Assembly (NCBI GenBank): GCA_028534125.1
Contig: CM052816.1
Span: 82,710,001 to 82,774,000, forward strand
DNA from: Lama glama
Taxonomy: Eukaryota
Direction: 5' to 3'
Length of the DNA stretch: 64,000 bases
The stretch's first letter is position 1. The number at the start of each line of letters is the position of its first letter. Both the position numbers and the translations under genes were made by a program. A model generated the notes under the pieces. It was not told where the DNA came from, searched no databases, and saw nothing but the letters and a program-made list of their open reading frames with translations. This document shows positions 62,149 to 64,000 of this stretch, piece by piece.

Positions 62149-62839
62149 CAGAGATTACTACCATCATTTACCAGCATCTGTGCTCAGATACACACACTCT
62201 GGATTTCATCTTGTTACTACAGAATAACTATCCACATTCCTATATGAGGATATTTCTGGTATACCTGCAGTAGATTCCGTCCTCCTGCACATAGGGTGTA
62301 TTTCCTACAATTCTCTCCTGTTTCTCTTACATTATTAATGTTTACCCATGTCCTTGACCACTTTGGTTAACATTATCCAGTTTCTCCTATTTTAATAATT
62401 ATTTTTATTCCATTTATCCCACCTATTACTTTATTTCCTTCCCTTTGCAAAAAATTTCAAAACTATTGATGGTATCTGATGTTTCCAATTCTTCTTTTAA
62501 ACAAATTAAGTAATTATCTAAAATAAGATTTTATAAAACAAGTAGGATTAAACCCAATGGATATCAAAAGCAATGAGTTTGTGAACAATACAAGTTACTA
62601 ATTATGAACAATATGAGACACTTGGTCTGAACCACAGTGTCATATATTGTTCCAGATGTTCCAGATTCTTCTTTATTCTCTTCTTGCTCTTTTCATCAAT
62701 TTCAATAACTTAAAAACCGTGATAAAAATTAATACAAATGGCTCCCGAATCCGTATTCTAGCCTAATATCTTTTTCACTCATCAAATTTTAGAGATAAAT
62801 AATTGAACCCAGACGCAATGCAACAGTAACATTTGCATC

Positions 62840-63060
62840 AATCAATTAATAATATGTTTGGCTACAGACAATAGAAAACCCCTTCATATAACAATTGCTA
62901 TGCTTTCTAGATGCTGCTTCCATAATCTAGACAGGAGGAAGAGGGGAAGGGCAAAAGACTGAAGAGGCATGCCAAATGAATATGCCTATTCTAAAAGACT
63001 TTTTCTAGAAGTCCTCACCAGTATCTTTCATGTAAATATCATGGAATAGAATTGAAATAT
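62840..63060 (-). mobile_element. Old MaLR LTR fragment (MLT1L-like)
   Basis: 'tgtttggctacagacaatagaaaacc...caggaggaagaggggaagggcaaaag...ttttctagaagtcctcacc'. Confidence 0.5.
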
Positions 63061-64000
63061 GTATATAGAAATACAATGCCAAAAAATTAAATAATTCTGA
63101 GTGACTACTACCAGGTCTTACAATGTACTATAAAATTACAATAGCAAAGGAGATAGAGCCATTGTACATTATGGGAGGAAATGGAAGGAAAAAATTATTA
63201 TTTATCAACTAAATATTAACTGTTTGAAAACATTTGATTTTAATTAAAATATATATTTTAATTTTACCATGTCCTCCTTTTTCCAAAACTGAAGACATTG
63301 AAATACAGCTGTTTGCCTCCAATTAGGAGAGAAATGCATTTGTACATTAGATTATTTATATGGAGTTTTAAAAATCTGTTCTGATCTTGTTAAATTTTTT
63401 ACTGTGTGCTGCCTTAACCCTTGGCACCTATAAAATAATATATTGCAGTCCCTAAAATGAACAATGGAGATGGTAGCTTCATAATTTCTATATAGAACAA
63501 CAATCATGTTGTGAGAATTAATCCAAAGAAATGCTTGCACAGAATTTTATATAAAATTATTTTTAACAAAGTCAATTGCCCAAAACCAAAACTGTGTTAG
63601 GGAGATAAATATTAAGGTGGAAAGAGGGCTAAACCTTTCCTTCCCAACTTAACTCTAGACACCATCATTGCTGACTCAAACTCTCATTTACATTTGATCA
63701 TCTCAGTGCAGGCCTGGCCTTCTTAATTCTAAATTCTTAAATTAGGATTATTGACAACCCAACATTACCTTTCTTTTTACCTGTATTATGTCCCTCTGCT
63801 GCCCTCATCTGGTAAACACTGATTCTTCCTCTACATTGAGATTGCTTCTGAGGAAATAAACTAATACTATGCATTTTGAGCAGTTTTTAAAAATCTTTAT
63901 ATCAGCACATAGTGAGTTTTCAAAAATGATTTAAAAAAGTAGATTTTTAAAAATAGTCCTTGAGAAAATACATTTACAAGAAATGAACATGGAAAAGTAA

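Larger units (their letters stand above)
60440..62500 (+). mobile_element. L2 ORF2 relic hosting MLT2 and LTR16 insertions
   Basis: 'aatcactcccttgaatatatatgctcaattgccttgtcccc', 'caaccttgattaaacctaac', 'gctggaggaagcaccat...aaattcacaact' match the L2 ORF2 region. Confidence 0.6.

Noticed and set aside
1..64000. Host-gene orientation inferred from L1 strand bias; prokaryotic-type systems
   Set aside because: L1 fragments occur about equally on both strands, so no direction can be inferred; the sequence is mammalian, with no operons, CRISPR arrays or long intact ORFs.

Overview
AT-rich, CpG-depleted mammalian DNA. A tRNA-Ala-derived vic-1-type SINE (42082-42174) and a camelid-type L1 3' end point to a camelid (alpaca, llama or camel). 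I recognise no protein-coding gene, intact RNA gene or prokaryotic system. The ORF track consists of chance ORFs, L1 ORF1/ORF2 remnants and artefacts of a 500-N assembly gap (55763-56262). A large part of the window is decayed interspersed repeats: L1 of several ages, HAL1, L2, L3/CR1, MIR, ERVL/MaLR/ERV1 LTRs and hAT MITEs. Repeat families were assigned from my recall of consensus sequences, not from a search, so subfamily names and boundaries are approximate. Best observations: (1) a probable L1 3' transduction carrying about 650 bp of non-L1 DNA (22481-24502); (2) an APOA4-like coding fragment inside an ERVL-type LTR (32162-32324); (3) a 75-nt pre-miRNA-like hairpin in unique DNA (52972-53046); (4) internally deleted L1s; (5) candidate plus-strand (micro)exons and enhancer motif clusters. 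I cannot support a new biological system from this sequence alone.
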